From Akkermansiaceae bacterium (GTDB lineage Bacteria; Verrucomicrobiota; Verrucomicrobiia; Verrucomicrobiales; Akkermansiaceae): DNA of 24,000 nucleotides. The first letter of the stretch is position 1. The number at the start of each line of letters is the position of its first letter. Where the stretch lies: the NCBI GenBank assembly GCA_023301765.1, contig JALZUC010000051.1, forward strand, positions 5,315 through 29,314, given 5' to 3'. A model generated the notes under the pieces. It worked only from the letters and a program-made list of their open reading frames with translations. It ran no database searches and was not told the DNA's origin. A program made the position numbers and the translations under genes. Below, piece by piece: positions 1 to 7,634 of this stretch.

Positions 1-402
1 TCATGGGCTACCTATACACTTCTCGGCAAAGGCTCCACTGCTCCACTACACGATACAGCACAGAATTTTTTACGAACCCTGCCCTTTACTACATTACTTA
101 TTCTCGTCGTTCTAAACCAAGCCAGCATAACCACAGAGGGAGTTATCATAGCTGTTGCCTCTGGAGCGTTAGCATCTGGAGTTGGCTATGCCATCTGGTA
201 TTCTGCGCTATCTGGACTTAGTACCACCAGAGCTGCTGTGCTACAACTTCTCGTACCTATACTCGCAGCTGCAGGGGGCGTCATTTACTCACACGAGGTT
301 ATTTCTCAACGCCTCCTCATCTCATCATTCATGGTACTAGGAGGAATTATGGCCGTTTTTCTGACCAAACATGAAAACAAAAAAGAACTACTAACTAGAT
401 AA
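1..402 (+). CDS. 3' portion of an EamA/DMT-family permease gene (5' end lies outside the window)
   Basis: Frame 1 is open from position 1 to TAA at 400-402. It is missing from the ORF track because it has no Met start. The translation (...IAVASGALASGVGYAIWYSALSGLSTTRAAVLQLLVPILAAAGGVIYSHEVISQRLLISSFMVLGGIMAVFLTKHENKK*) is a series of hydrophobic helices typical of the C-terminal EamA repeat. Confidence 0.65.
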   Translation, partial: SWATYTLLGKGSTAPLHDTAQNFLRTLPFTTLLILVVLNQASITTEGVIIAVASGALASGVGYAIWYSALSGLSTTRAAVLQLLVPILAAAGGVIYSHEVISQRLLISSFMVLGGIMAVFLTKHENKKELLTR

Positions 403-457
403 GGGAACTACACCATTATCCACTTGTTTCTTACTCGCCTCGTTTTAAACTATCGCC

Positions 458-1396
458 ATGGCAACTACTTCTCTTGATCTTCGTGCAGACATATTACGTT
501 TAAAAAAAGAACGTAACGCCGTCATTCTTGCTCATAATTACCAAACTGGAGACATCCAAGACATCGCCGATTATGTGGGTGATTCACTAGGCCTTGCTTA
601 TAAAGCACAAGAAACAGATGCTGATGTAATTGCCTTCTGCGGCGTTCACTTCATGGCGGAAACTGCCAAAATCGTAAATCCTAATAAAACAGTAGTCCTA
701 CCAGATAGAGACGCTGGCTGCTCGTTGGAGGAATCCTGCCCAGCTGATGAACTAGAAAAATACATCACCGACAACGCAGATAAAAATTACTACGTCATCG
801 CCTACATCAACTGCTCAGCTGGAGTAAAAGCACTCTGTGACGTTATCTGCACCTCCGGTAACGCTGTTAAAATCGTAAATCAAGCACCTGCAGACCGTCC
901 TATCCTCTTTGTCCCAGACGCTAACCTAGGCGCATGGGTAATGGAGCAGACTGGCCGTAAAATGGATCTCTGGCAGGGTGCATGCTACGTCCACGTAGAG
1001 TTCACACAGAACTCCATTAACAAAATTAAAGAGGAGCACCCAGATGCCCTCGTAGTCGCCCATCCAGAATGCACCACCGCAGTTAGGCTTCTTGCTGATG
1101 AAGTATGCTCAACCGAAAAAATGGTAGATTACTGTAAAAGCGTAACAGCCAAAAACATCATCGTGGTCACCGAGAGCGGTATGCTGCACCGGCTACAAAA
1201 AGAAGCTCCGGAAAAGAACCTCATCCCTGGCCCTACCGATCACTGCGCTTGTAACGACTGTAAATTCATGAAAATGAATACACTCCAGAAGCTCCACGAC
1301 TGCCTAGACACCCTTGAGCCACAAGTTATCATGCCGGAAGACATCCGCAAACGCGCTGAAGCGCCACTATTCAAAATGCTGGAGCAATCTAAGTAA
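458..1396 (+). CDS. nadA: quinolinate synthase NadA
   Basis: 312-aa ORF. Recognisable NadA blocks include ILAHNYQ..DIQDIADYVGDSL, GVHFMAETAKI, YINCSA.VKA..D..CTSGNA and VAHPEC. Confidence 0.93.
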   Translation: MATTSLDLRADILRLKKERNAVILAHNYQTGDIQDIADYVGDSLGLAYKAQETDADVIAFCGVHFMAETAKIVNPNKTVVLPDRDAGCSLEESCPADELEKYITDNADKNYYVIAYINCSAGVKALCDVICTSGNAVKIVNQAPADRPILFVPDANLGAWVMEQTGRKMDLWQGACYVHVEFTQNSINKIKEEHPDALVVAHPECTTAVRLLADEVCSTEKMVDYCKSVTAKNIIVVTESGMLHRLQKEAPEKNLIPGPTDHCACNDCKFMKMNTLQKLHDCLDTLEPQVIMPEDIRKRAEAPLFKMLEQSK

Positions 1397-1407
1397 AACG
1401 CTATCCA

Positions 1408-2379
1408 GTGTCGGCCAAATCTAAAAAAAACTATTTCAAATACGGCCTTTTGACCACAGGGCTAGTGTCTCTAGCTGGATTGGGCACTATCTACTATTAC
1501 GGCAAAGAACTCGCTCAGCCGGCTCGTAAAAGCCTAGAGCCCTATCACCATGAATGGTTAGATGATCCTAAGGCTCATGGTATATCCATCGCCAAATCAA
1601 CATTTTTGGAGGGCTCAGTCCCCTGCCTCATTGTCACTCCAGACAAGACATCACATCTTGGCAAGCGCGGCAAAATTGTCAGAAAACAATTAATCGACCG
1701 TGGGCTCAAGCTACCTGAACTAGGTAGTATAGTGAGCAATATTGTGCTCCTACACGGTCGTAACGGGAGGAAGGAAGACCTCCTCCCTGTCGCAGAGAGA
1801 TATTGCGCTGCAGGCTTCCGCTGTATTATCCCTGATCTGCCTGCTCATGGTGAAAGCCCTATAAAAACAGTTCAATTTGGCGGTAGCCAATGGGAGCAAG
1901 AGTTCCCCCACGCACTATTACTCGAGTGCGCCTCTACCTACCAATTTTCAGCCACACCCTCAGCAATATGGGGTATGTCCATGGGCGGGAGTTTTGCCAC
2001 ACACTCAGCCTCTAGCGGCGCTCCATGGAGCAGTATCGTCATCGTAAGCTCCTTTGATCGACTAATTACTGTCATCGAGAATAAATGCAGTATTGGAGTC
2101 ATTACCCAAGCTGTTGCATGGACTTGCAAACAGTCTGGGGGTGCTGATATTACTCAGATCATCCCCTGTAAAAGAGCCCAAGAAATCACCACGCCTGTTA
2201 TGATAGCCCACGGAACTGAAGATTCTCTGATTACTTTAGCACAGGGTAAAACACTCTATAACAGCTTTGCATCCCCTAATAAAAAATGGATAGAGGTCAA
2301 AGGCGGAACTCACAGCAACGTTCTTACTACGCCCATGCCTCTCTATGCCACGATGATCGAATGGGCGCTGACTCACTAA
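1408..2379 (+). CDS. membrane-anchored alpha/beta-fold serine hydrolase
   Basis: 323-aa ORF with a GTG start 11 nt after the nadA stop. It has an N-terminal hydrophobic anchor (YGLLTTGLVSLAGLGTIYYY), a nucleophile elbow GMSMGG, LLHGRNG near the oxyanion region, and late AHGTEDSLI and GGTHSN motifs consistent with the Asp and His of a catalytic triad. Confidence 0.75.
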   Translation: MSAKSKKNYFKYGLLTTGLVSLAGLGTIYYYGKELAQPARKSLEPYHHEWLDDPKAHGISIAKSTFLEGSVPCLIVTPDKTSHLGKRGKIVRKQLIDRGLKLPELGSIVSNIVLLHGRNGRKEDLLPVAERYCAAGFRCIIPDLPAHGESPIKTVQFGGSQWEQEFPHALLLECASTYQFSATPSAIWGMSMGGSFATHSASSGAPWSSIVIVSSFDRLITVIENKCSIGVITQAVAWTCKQSGGADITQIIPCKRAQEITTPVMIAHGTEDSLITLAQGKTLYNSFASPNKKWIEVKGGTHSNVLTTPMPLYATMIEWALTH

Positions 2380-2441
2380 AGTTTTGCACTCAGCCTAAAC
2401 TTACACTTTAAAAATCCCTCCTTCTAATCCACTCTTCACCC

Positions 2442-3518
2442 ATGCCTACTATCCACGTTGACCTCGCAGACCGTTCATACGATATCCTCGTTGAAGATGG
2501 TCTGTTATCAAAAGTAGGAGACCTTATTTCTGAGGTCGGGCTATCTGGTAAATGCGCGATCATCACAGACTCTAATGTAGCCCCGCACTACGCGGATTCC
2601 ATACTGAAGCAAATCCCAAATGCTAGCCTGCATACAGTAAAAGCAGGAGAGGCCAGTAAGTCCATGCACCAAGTGGCGGAACTATGTGGCGAGCTCAATA
2701 GAGCTGGGCATGACCGCGGCTCATACATCATCGCACTTGGTGGTGGTGTGGTGGGAGATCTTGCCGGCTTTGTGGCCGCCATCTTTTTCAGAGGCATCCC
2801 CTTCGTTCAAATCCCCACTACCATCGTCTCACAGGTAGACAGCTCTGCTGGTGGAAAAACTGGCGTAAATGCCTCTGAGGGGAAAAACCTTATCGGCAGT
2901 TTTCATCAGCCCCGCCTAGTCATCGTAGACCCTCTCACCTTAGACACCCTACCGGGCCGCGAATATCGTGAAGGCTATGCAGAGGTAATTAAACACGCCG
3001 CCATTCGTGACGCCACCATGATTGATGATCTTGCGGCTTTAAACCCACTAGATCAGCACCCAACAGCTAGCCTCTTAGCCAGAAACTTAGCGATCAAAGC
3101 ACGCATTGTAGAAGAGGATGAAAAGGAAACTGCTGGCGTGCGTGCACTACTTAACTTTGGTCACACCATTGGTCACGGTATCGAAGCCTCCCTCCCATAT
3201 GGAGCTATGCTTCACGGTGAAGCTATCTCTCTCGGTATCCGTGCTGCACTATTCCTATCTGAGAAAATCAATGGCCTCACCACAGACGCTAGTGACCGCA
3301 TTCTCGATTTGTTAGAAAACTTTCAGCTCCCACTCGTTCTCCCTGATGACATCTCCACGGAGAGCATCATGACCAAGCTCAGCAGAGATAAAAAATTTAC
3401 TGGAGGGCAAATTAACTTTGTTCTACTCACAGCACTTGGCTCAGCAGAAGTTTCTAATAAAGTTTCCCTCAGTGACATTGAAGAGGCCGTAGCACACCTC
3501 CGTATGGAGCGAGGCTAA
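2442..3518 (+). CDS. aroB: 3-dehydroquinate synthase AroB
   Basis: 358-aa ORF with typical AroB motifs: GGGVVGDLAGF.AA.F.RGI.F.QIPTT...QVDSS.GGKTG.N, NFGHT.GH..E, and HGEA...G. Confidence 0.93.
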   Translation: MPTIHVDLADRSYDILVEDGLLSKVGDLISEVGLSGKCAIITDSNVAPHYADSILKQIPNASLHTVKAGEASKSMHQVAELCGELNRAGHDRGSYIIALGGGVVGDLAGFVAAIFFRGIPFVQIPTTIVSQVDSSAGGKTGVNASEGKNLIGSFHQPRLVIVDPLTLDTLPGREYREGYAEVIKHAAIRDATMIDDLAALNPLDQHPTASLLARNLAIKARIVEEDEKETAGVRALLNFGHTIGHGIEASLPYGAMLHGEAISLGIRAALFLSEKINGLTTDASDRILDLLENFQLPLVLPDDISTESIMTKLSRDKKFTGGQINFVLLTALGSAEVSNKVSLSDIEEAVAHLRMERG

Positions 3519-3542
3519 TTCATAATACAGCCCTGCTAGTAA

Positions 3543-4559
3543 TTAGGCAAACTGCTGGAGAAACCTCACATCATTCTCAATAAGTAGGCGGATGTCTTTA
3601 ATCCCCCACTTGATCATAGCGAGACGATCAATCCCCATGCCAAAGGCAAAGCCTGTGACCTTCTCTGGGCTAAATACATCATCACCACGTGTCTTGCAGA
3701 GAGACTCAAAGACCGCAGGGTCCACCATACCACAGCCAGCGATCTCTATCCACTTAGGCTCCTGCCCCTTGGCATGAAGCTTAATATCGATCTCAAAGCT
3801 TGGCTCCGTGAAAGGGAAAAAATGAGGACGGAAGCGCACCTCAGTATCTTTACCAAACATGGACTGAAGGAAAAACTCGAGCGTTCCCTTAAGATCACCC
3901 AAGTTCACATCAGTATCCACATAGAGGCCTTCTAATTGATTAAAAACAGAGAGGTGTGTGGCATCGATCTCGTCTCTACGGTAGGCTGATCCAGGAGCGA
4001 TGATTCTCACAGGAGGTGTGGCCTTTTCCATTGTGCGGATCTGCACACTTGAAGTGTGAGTGCGGAGAAGCTTACCGCTATCGAAGTAGAAAGTATCCTT
4101 CTCATTACGTGCTGGATGATCCTCTGGTGTGTTTAAAGCATCAAAACAGTGAAACTCAGTTTCTATCTCCGGCCCTTCTGCAAGAGCGAAGCCCATGCGG
4201 CGTAAAGTCTGGATAGCAGCATCCTTCACCTGAGTAATAGGGTGCATACCACCTTGTGACAAAGCTCGTGATGGTAATGTTAGATCAATACCCTCCACTA
4301 ATTTTTTATCAGCCTCAGCTTCCAGCACAGCTTGTTTCTCATCAATGGCAGAAGTAATCGCCTGACGAGCCACATTGAGTAACTGCCCAACTACAGGTTT
4401 ATCCTCCTTGGACAGGTCTCTCATCCCTGCAGAAGCCACAGTGAGCTGCCCCTTTTTACCTAAAAAGGCTACACGGGCATCATCAAGGGATTTCTCATCG
4501 CCTGCTGCCGTGATGGCGGCGAGGGCGTCGGCTTGGATAGTTTCAATTTCCTGCTTCAT
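3543..4559 (-). CDS. pheS: phenylalanine--tRNA ligase alpha subunit PheS
   Basis: 338-aa ORF with class II aaRS motifs (HPARNEKDTFYF, LLRTHTSSVQIRTM, GRVYRRD-like SAYRRDEIDATH, FFPFTEPS, GCGMVDP, GFAFGMGIDRLAM). Confidence 0.95.
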   Translation of the reverse strand: MKQEIETIQADALAAITAAGDEKSLDDARVAFLGKKGQLTVASAGMRDLSKEDKPVVGQLLNVARQAITSAIDEKQAVLEAEADKKLVEGIDLTLPSRALSQGGMHPITQVKDAAIQTLRRMGFALAEGPEIETEFHCFDALNTPEDHPARNEKDTFYFDSGKLLRTHTSSVQIRTMEKATPPVRIIAPGSAYRRDEIDATHLSVFNQLEGLYVDTDVNLGDLKGTLEFFLQSMFGKDTEVRFRPHFFPFTEPSFEIDIKLHAKGQEPKWIEIAGCGMVDPAVFESLCKTRGDDVFSPEKVTGFAFGMGIDRLAMIKWGIKDIRLLIENDVRFLQQFA

Positions 4560-4630
4560 GGGCGGGTTTTGTTTATGCTTTTTAGCGCGTATGTAAATAG
4601 TGAAGTGTCTGAGCTAGGCTATCAGCTCTG

Positions 4631-5410
4631 CTAGAGATCCTCCTTTCGGACCTCATAACCTGCACCACAGCGGGGGCAATTCACCTTAATCACCTCATCC
4701 CCCTGAAAGAGCTCATCTTTACGGTCTTTCCAAGAACTCAGTGTAGGTAATATCCTATCAAGACTACAGCCACAGTTAAAACGGAACTTACGCGTCTCTA
4801 ACACCTTAGTCTGCTCCACCTCAGTGATAGTAGCCACCTTCTCCGCATCCAGCTCATCGAACCACTCCTCGTCATAGCCTGGCTGGGCCGCGATAAGTGC
4901 ATAGTTTTCATCATCCAGACGGAAACACTTCGCTGGGCGCTGCTCACTCTGTTTATAATAATGCTCTATCCACTCAATAGCATCATTACACTCCAGCTCC
5001 ACAGTAGTCATCCGTGGTTTTTCACCTGAGATACTCGTCTGGCTATAAAGCAGATTACGGTCCGGCTCCCTCACATCCTTAGTGAAGAGCCTCCCTGTGA
5101 TATTCTCAAAAGTGCTACTCCCTGTAGCAAAGTAGTTTACCCTCGGGGCTCTTAAGTTGACCGTCCAAGCAATCGTCTCCGCCCACGGCCGTGCTGTAAG
5201 ATGCAGAGTAAGAACTGCCAGCAAATCCTTCATCGTAGCATCTAGCTCATTTTCATAGCGCTGCTTAGTCTCTAATAAGTGAATATAATAATCCGTATAA
5301 ATAGGAGTAAACTGCGCACGGACGAGGAGGCAATTCCGGTGACGTACAAATATAGACTCCACCTTAGTGAACTCCTCAACGGGCTGCATGGACTGTTCAG
5401 ACATCTGCAA
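4631..5410 (-). CDS. hslO: Hsp33-family redox-regulated chaperone
   Basis: 259-aa ORF. The C-terminus carries the Hsp33 zinc centre C-x-C...C-x-x-C (FRFNCGCSLDRIL....VIKVNCPRCGAGYEV). The YYKQSEQRPAKCF block matches the Hsp33 YF.RSEQLP..LF block. The N-terminal domain is divergent, and the start codon (5410, or one of the next two Met) is uncertain. Confidence 0.78.
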   Translation of the reverse strand: MQMSEQSMQPVEEFTKVESIFVRHRNCLLVRAQFTPIYTDYYIHLLETKQRYENELDATMKDLLAVLTLHLTARPWAETIAWTVNLRAPRVNYFATGSSTFENITGRLFTKDVREPDRNLLYSQTSISGEKPRMTTVELECNDAIEWIEHYYKQSEQRPAKCFRLDDENYALIAAQPGYDEEWFDELDAEKVATITEVEQTKVLETRKFRFNCGCSLDRILPTLSSWKDRKDELFQGDEVIKVNCPRCGAGYEVRKEDL

Positions 5411-5443
5411 GAGTTCTTAGCCCCACTTTACCAAACTTCAATC

Positions 5444-5484
5444 TGAAAACAATCAGACTCGCCAACCGAAGTCGGCGAATCTGA
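5444..5484 (-). terminator. rho-independent terminator downstream of hsp20
   Basis: The minus-strand RNA UCAGAUUCGCCGAC-UUCG-GUUGGCGAGUCUGA forms a 14-bp stem (two G.U pairs) with a UUCG tetraloop, followed by UUGUUUUC. The G.U pairs become C/A mismatches on the plus strand, so the structure is specific to the minus strand. Confidence 0.7.
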
Positions 5485-5556
5485 CTTACCTACACAATAA
5501 AAAGCTGCAGCAAATACTAGCTATAAAATAGGCGCGCTAATCTAGCCGCTATATCA

Positions 5557-5961
5557 TCAGCTAATGCTAATAGCCTTAGGCTCCTCCTTAGCACGGCGTG
5601 GAATTTCCAGATAAAGTAAGCCATCCTCTAAACGAGCCTGAATATTATCAGTATCCACCTCCTCAGAAAGCCTAACTCGCCGCTCTACATTCTTGAGAAA
5701 TGCCCGAGATTCATCCGCAGTCTCAGCGGTGACTGTCAGGAACTCCCCATCCGCATTAAGCGAGACTTCACCTTTTTTAAAGCCAGGTAGCTCAAGCCGG
5801 AGATTCCAGCCCTTAGCATCTGCATCACTGGCCTCTACACTCTCCGCAGCGGCACACGCATCACGCTCACAGCTAGCTCGGTTAGATTGGCCAAATGCCT
5901 GTGTAACAAAGCGATCGAGTTCAGAGAAAATGCGATTATTAATTGGGTAATGATTGATCAT
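5557..5961 (-). CDS. small heat-shock protein, Hsp20/alpha-crystallin family
   Basis: Alpha-crystallin domain (WNLRLELPGFKKGEVSLNADGEFLTVTAE......RRVRLSEEVDTDNIQARLEDGLLYLEIPR). I prefer the ATG at 5961 (MINHYPINN...) over the ORF-track start at 6021, whose 20-aa extension looks non-coding. Confidence 0.85.
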   Translation of the reverse strand: MINHYPINNRIFSELDRFVTQAFGQSNRASCERDACAAAESVEASDADAKGWNLRLELPGFKKGEVSLNADGEFLTVTAETADESRAFLKNVERRVRLSEEVDTDNIQARLEDGLLYLEIPRRAKEEPKAISIS

Positions 5962-6144
5962 AGTATTTATTAGTTTGATTTCACCATGATCATTGCAGCC
6001 TTCATGCCACACCCGCCACAAAAGACCCTACCAACTTACTGTAAGACAGTTATGAAAACACCAAGTCAAACCCGATCACCATTCGAGCAATCCTTCAGAC
6101 AGAATGACACGCCATTTTGTCCCACCTCAGCCAATATTACCCAC

Positions 6145-6178
6145 AAAAAAACGGCCACCGGGGATTACCCAGTGGCCG
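6145..6178 (-). terminator. rho-independent terminator downstream of rplT
   Basis: The minus-strand RNA CGGCCAC-UGGGUAAUCCCCG-GUGGCCG forms a GC-rich stem with an inner GGG/CCC extension, followed directly by UUUUUUU. It starts about 26 nt after the rplT stop. Confidence 0.8.
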
Positions 6179-6203
6179 CTGTAATTATGTTGCTTAATAT
6201 CCG

Positions 6204-6581
6204 CTACGCATTGGCTGGAGCCTTCTTATCGAGGGCTGCCTTCGCCTGATCAACGATGCTATTGAAAGCAGCGATGTCATGCACAACGAGGTCTGCAAGA
6301 ATCTTGCGGTCCACCTCGATGCTTGCGGCCTTAAGGCCTTCAATGAAGCGTGAGTAAGTAAGATCCTGTGCACGGACACCAGCGCTGATACGCTGAATCC
6401 AGAGACGGCGGAACTGTCCTTTACGCTTCTTACGGTCACGATACTCATAAGTCTGCGCTTTACGGACTGCGTCCTTGGCATACTTGTAGAGTTTCGAGCG
6501 GAAGCCACGGAAACCTTTGGCACGTTTAAGAACGCGCTTCCGGCGCTTGCGGCTGGCTGGGCTATTGGTTGCTCTTGGCAT
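6204..6581 (-). CDS. rplT: 50S ribosomal protein L20
   Basis: 125-aa basic ORF: MPRATNSPASRKRRKRVLKRAKGFRG.RSKLY..AK.AV.KA..Y.YRDRK.RKG.FRRLWI.RI.A, which is canonical L20. Confidence 0.95.
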   Translation of the reverse strand: MPRATNSPASRKRRKRVLKRAKGFRGFRSKLYKYAKDAVRKAQTYEYRDRKKRKGQFRRLWIQRISAGVRAQDLTYSRFIEGLKAASIEVDRKILADLVVHDIAAFNSIVDQAKAALDKKAPANA

Positions 6582-6731
6582 GTTTCTTTTTTCTAGAACG
6601 GACGGTTATTTTCACACCTCCCGCAGTCTCGTCCATTCGGTCTCGGTTTTCTAGTTATAGATAGCCGAGAAGGCTGCGTAGAGGCCGCTCGTGATGCGAG
6701 CGGTTGGCGTGGGCGACGCCGATTCTTGCTG
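6582..6731 (-). promoter_or_regulatory. structured 150-nt rpmI-rplT intercistronic spacer (candidate ribosomal-protein leader or attenuator)
   Basis: In minus-strand sense it contains hairpins GGCGU-CGCCC-ACGCC and CCGCUCG-CAUCA-CGAGCGG. A long-range CUAGAA...UUCUAG helix then encloses GGACG...CGUCC and a GGGAGGUG element, ending about 12 nt before the rplT AUG. The function is inferred, not shown. Confidence 0.3.
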
Positions 6732-6941
6732 TTAGGCAAAAGGAAGATTTGCTTTGACATTTTTAATGTCAGCGTCGGATACGAGAGCTGCCTTACCCAG
6801 ATTGCGTTTCCGCTTCTGGTTCTTCTTTGTAAGAATGTGGCGTTTGCCCTGCTTCCGGCGCAGAATCTTCCCTGTGCCCGTCACCTTGAATCTCTTGGCG
6901 ACGGCCTTCCGGGTTTTTGCTGTACCTTTCGATTTGGCCAT
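6732..6941 (-). CDS. rpmI: 50S ribosomal protein L35
   Basis: 69-aa highly basic ORF ([48 protein letters not shown]), which is canonical L35. It sits upstream of rplT as in the conserved rpmI-rplT unit. Confidence 0.93.
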   Translation of the reverse strand: MAKSKGTAKTRKAVAKRFKVTGTGKILRRKQGKRHILTKKNQKRKRNLGKAALVSDADIKNVKANLPFA

Positions 6942-7071
6942 GGGGCGCGCAACCTACCGATAGACCATCGAATTGCAAGGGTATTTTTGGCTTTTCCTTT
7001 CATTAGGAACAATTAATTTAAAAAACTCATTGAATAGGGAATATCCCCACAGCTAATAGCTCTTACATATT

Positions 7072-7575
7072 ATGAAGTTAGTTATATATTCCCTATATGC
7101 TCTCGCTGTAGTTGGTTTACCCATTCTACTAGTATCTTCCAACAGTGAGCCCTCATCTTACCCTGTGGAGGCTGGCCCAGCCAAGTTCCTCCGTGATCAC
7201 GATCAAGCTATGGCTCAGGCAAAAAAAACTGGGAAACCTGTTTTTGCCTTCTTTCAGGAAATCCCCGGATGAGGCGGCTGTAAAGACTTTGGTCGTCAGG
7301 TGATGACCGATCCCACTATCATCTTAGCTGTAGAGAACTCCTTCACACCGCTTCTTATCATCAATAATAAAGCAGGTGCTGATGCCAAGATCCTCAGAAA
7401 ATACAAAGAACCTGCATGGAACTACCAAGTCATCCGCTTTTTAGATAGTAATGGTAAGGACGTCATACCGCGTAAGGGGCAAGTCTATACTAAAAAGGAA
7501 CTCGCTAGCCGTATGGTCAAAGCTTTGGAAAAAGCACAGCGCCCCGTCCCTGAGGCTCTAAAAAAGCTACAGTAA
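7072..7575 (+). CDS. exported thioredoxin-fold oxidoreductase, predicted selenoprotein (UGA 7270-7272 read as Sec; redox motif U-G-G-C)
   Basis: ORFs 7072-7272 and 7300-7575 share one frame and are separated only by TGA 7270-7272. Read-through gives 167 codons: a signal peptide or anchor, then KTGKPVFAFFQEIPG-U-GGCKDFGRQVMTDP...EPAWNYQVIRFLD. The UGA occupies the first Cys position of CxxC, and a hairpin lies 18 nt downstream. Confidence 0.7.
7291..7308 (+). promoter_or_regulatory. candidate bacterial SECIS hairpin
   Basis: GGUCGUC-AGGU-GAUGACC forms a 7-bp stem (one G.U pair) with a 4-nt G-containing apical loop. The loop starts 25 nt after the UGA, within the spacing usually described for bacterial SECIS elements. 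Confidence 0.55.
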
Positions 7576-7634
7576 CTGCATATTTCACCTATATTGTGAC
7601 TTGTTAATTAGGGCTGCTGTTTTACAACGCCTGC

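Noticed and set aside
3-221. 72-aa ORF at the window start
   Set aside because: It overlaps, in another frame, the longer open frame 1 (1-402), whose translation is a convincing EamA-type membrane protein C-terminus.
5962-6143. Search for known heat-shock control elements (CIRCE, HAIR, sigma-32-type promoter) upstream of hsp20; small overlapping palindromes ACTGT-CTT-ACAGT and CTTAC-A-GTAAG seen in mRNA sense
   Set aside because: Nothing matches the known consensus elements. The palindromes are only 5 bp and could be chance. No promoter call can be supported by eye.
6194-7016. Alternative-frame and antisense ORFs overlapping rplT and rpmI (6194-6523, 6726-7016, 6754-6963, 6793-6978)
   Set aside because: The L20 and L35 frames are unambiguous. 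The others are by-products of the basic, codon-biased ribosomal-protein sequences.
7072-7575. Reading 7072-7272 and 7300-7575 as two independent small genes, or as a nonsense-mutated pseudogene
   Set aside because: The two ORFs share a frame and have a single TGA between them. The stop falls on the catalytic Cys position of a CxxC motif and is followed by a well-placed hairpin. Neither half would fold as a stand-alone thioredoxin domain. A pseudogene remains the fallback if the genome lacks sel genes.
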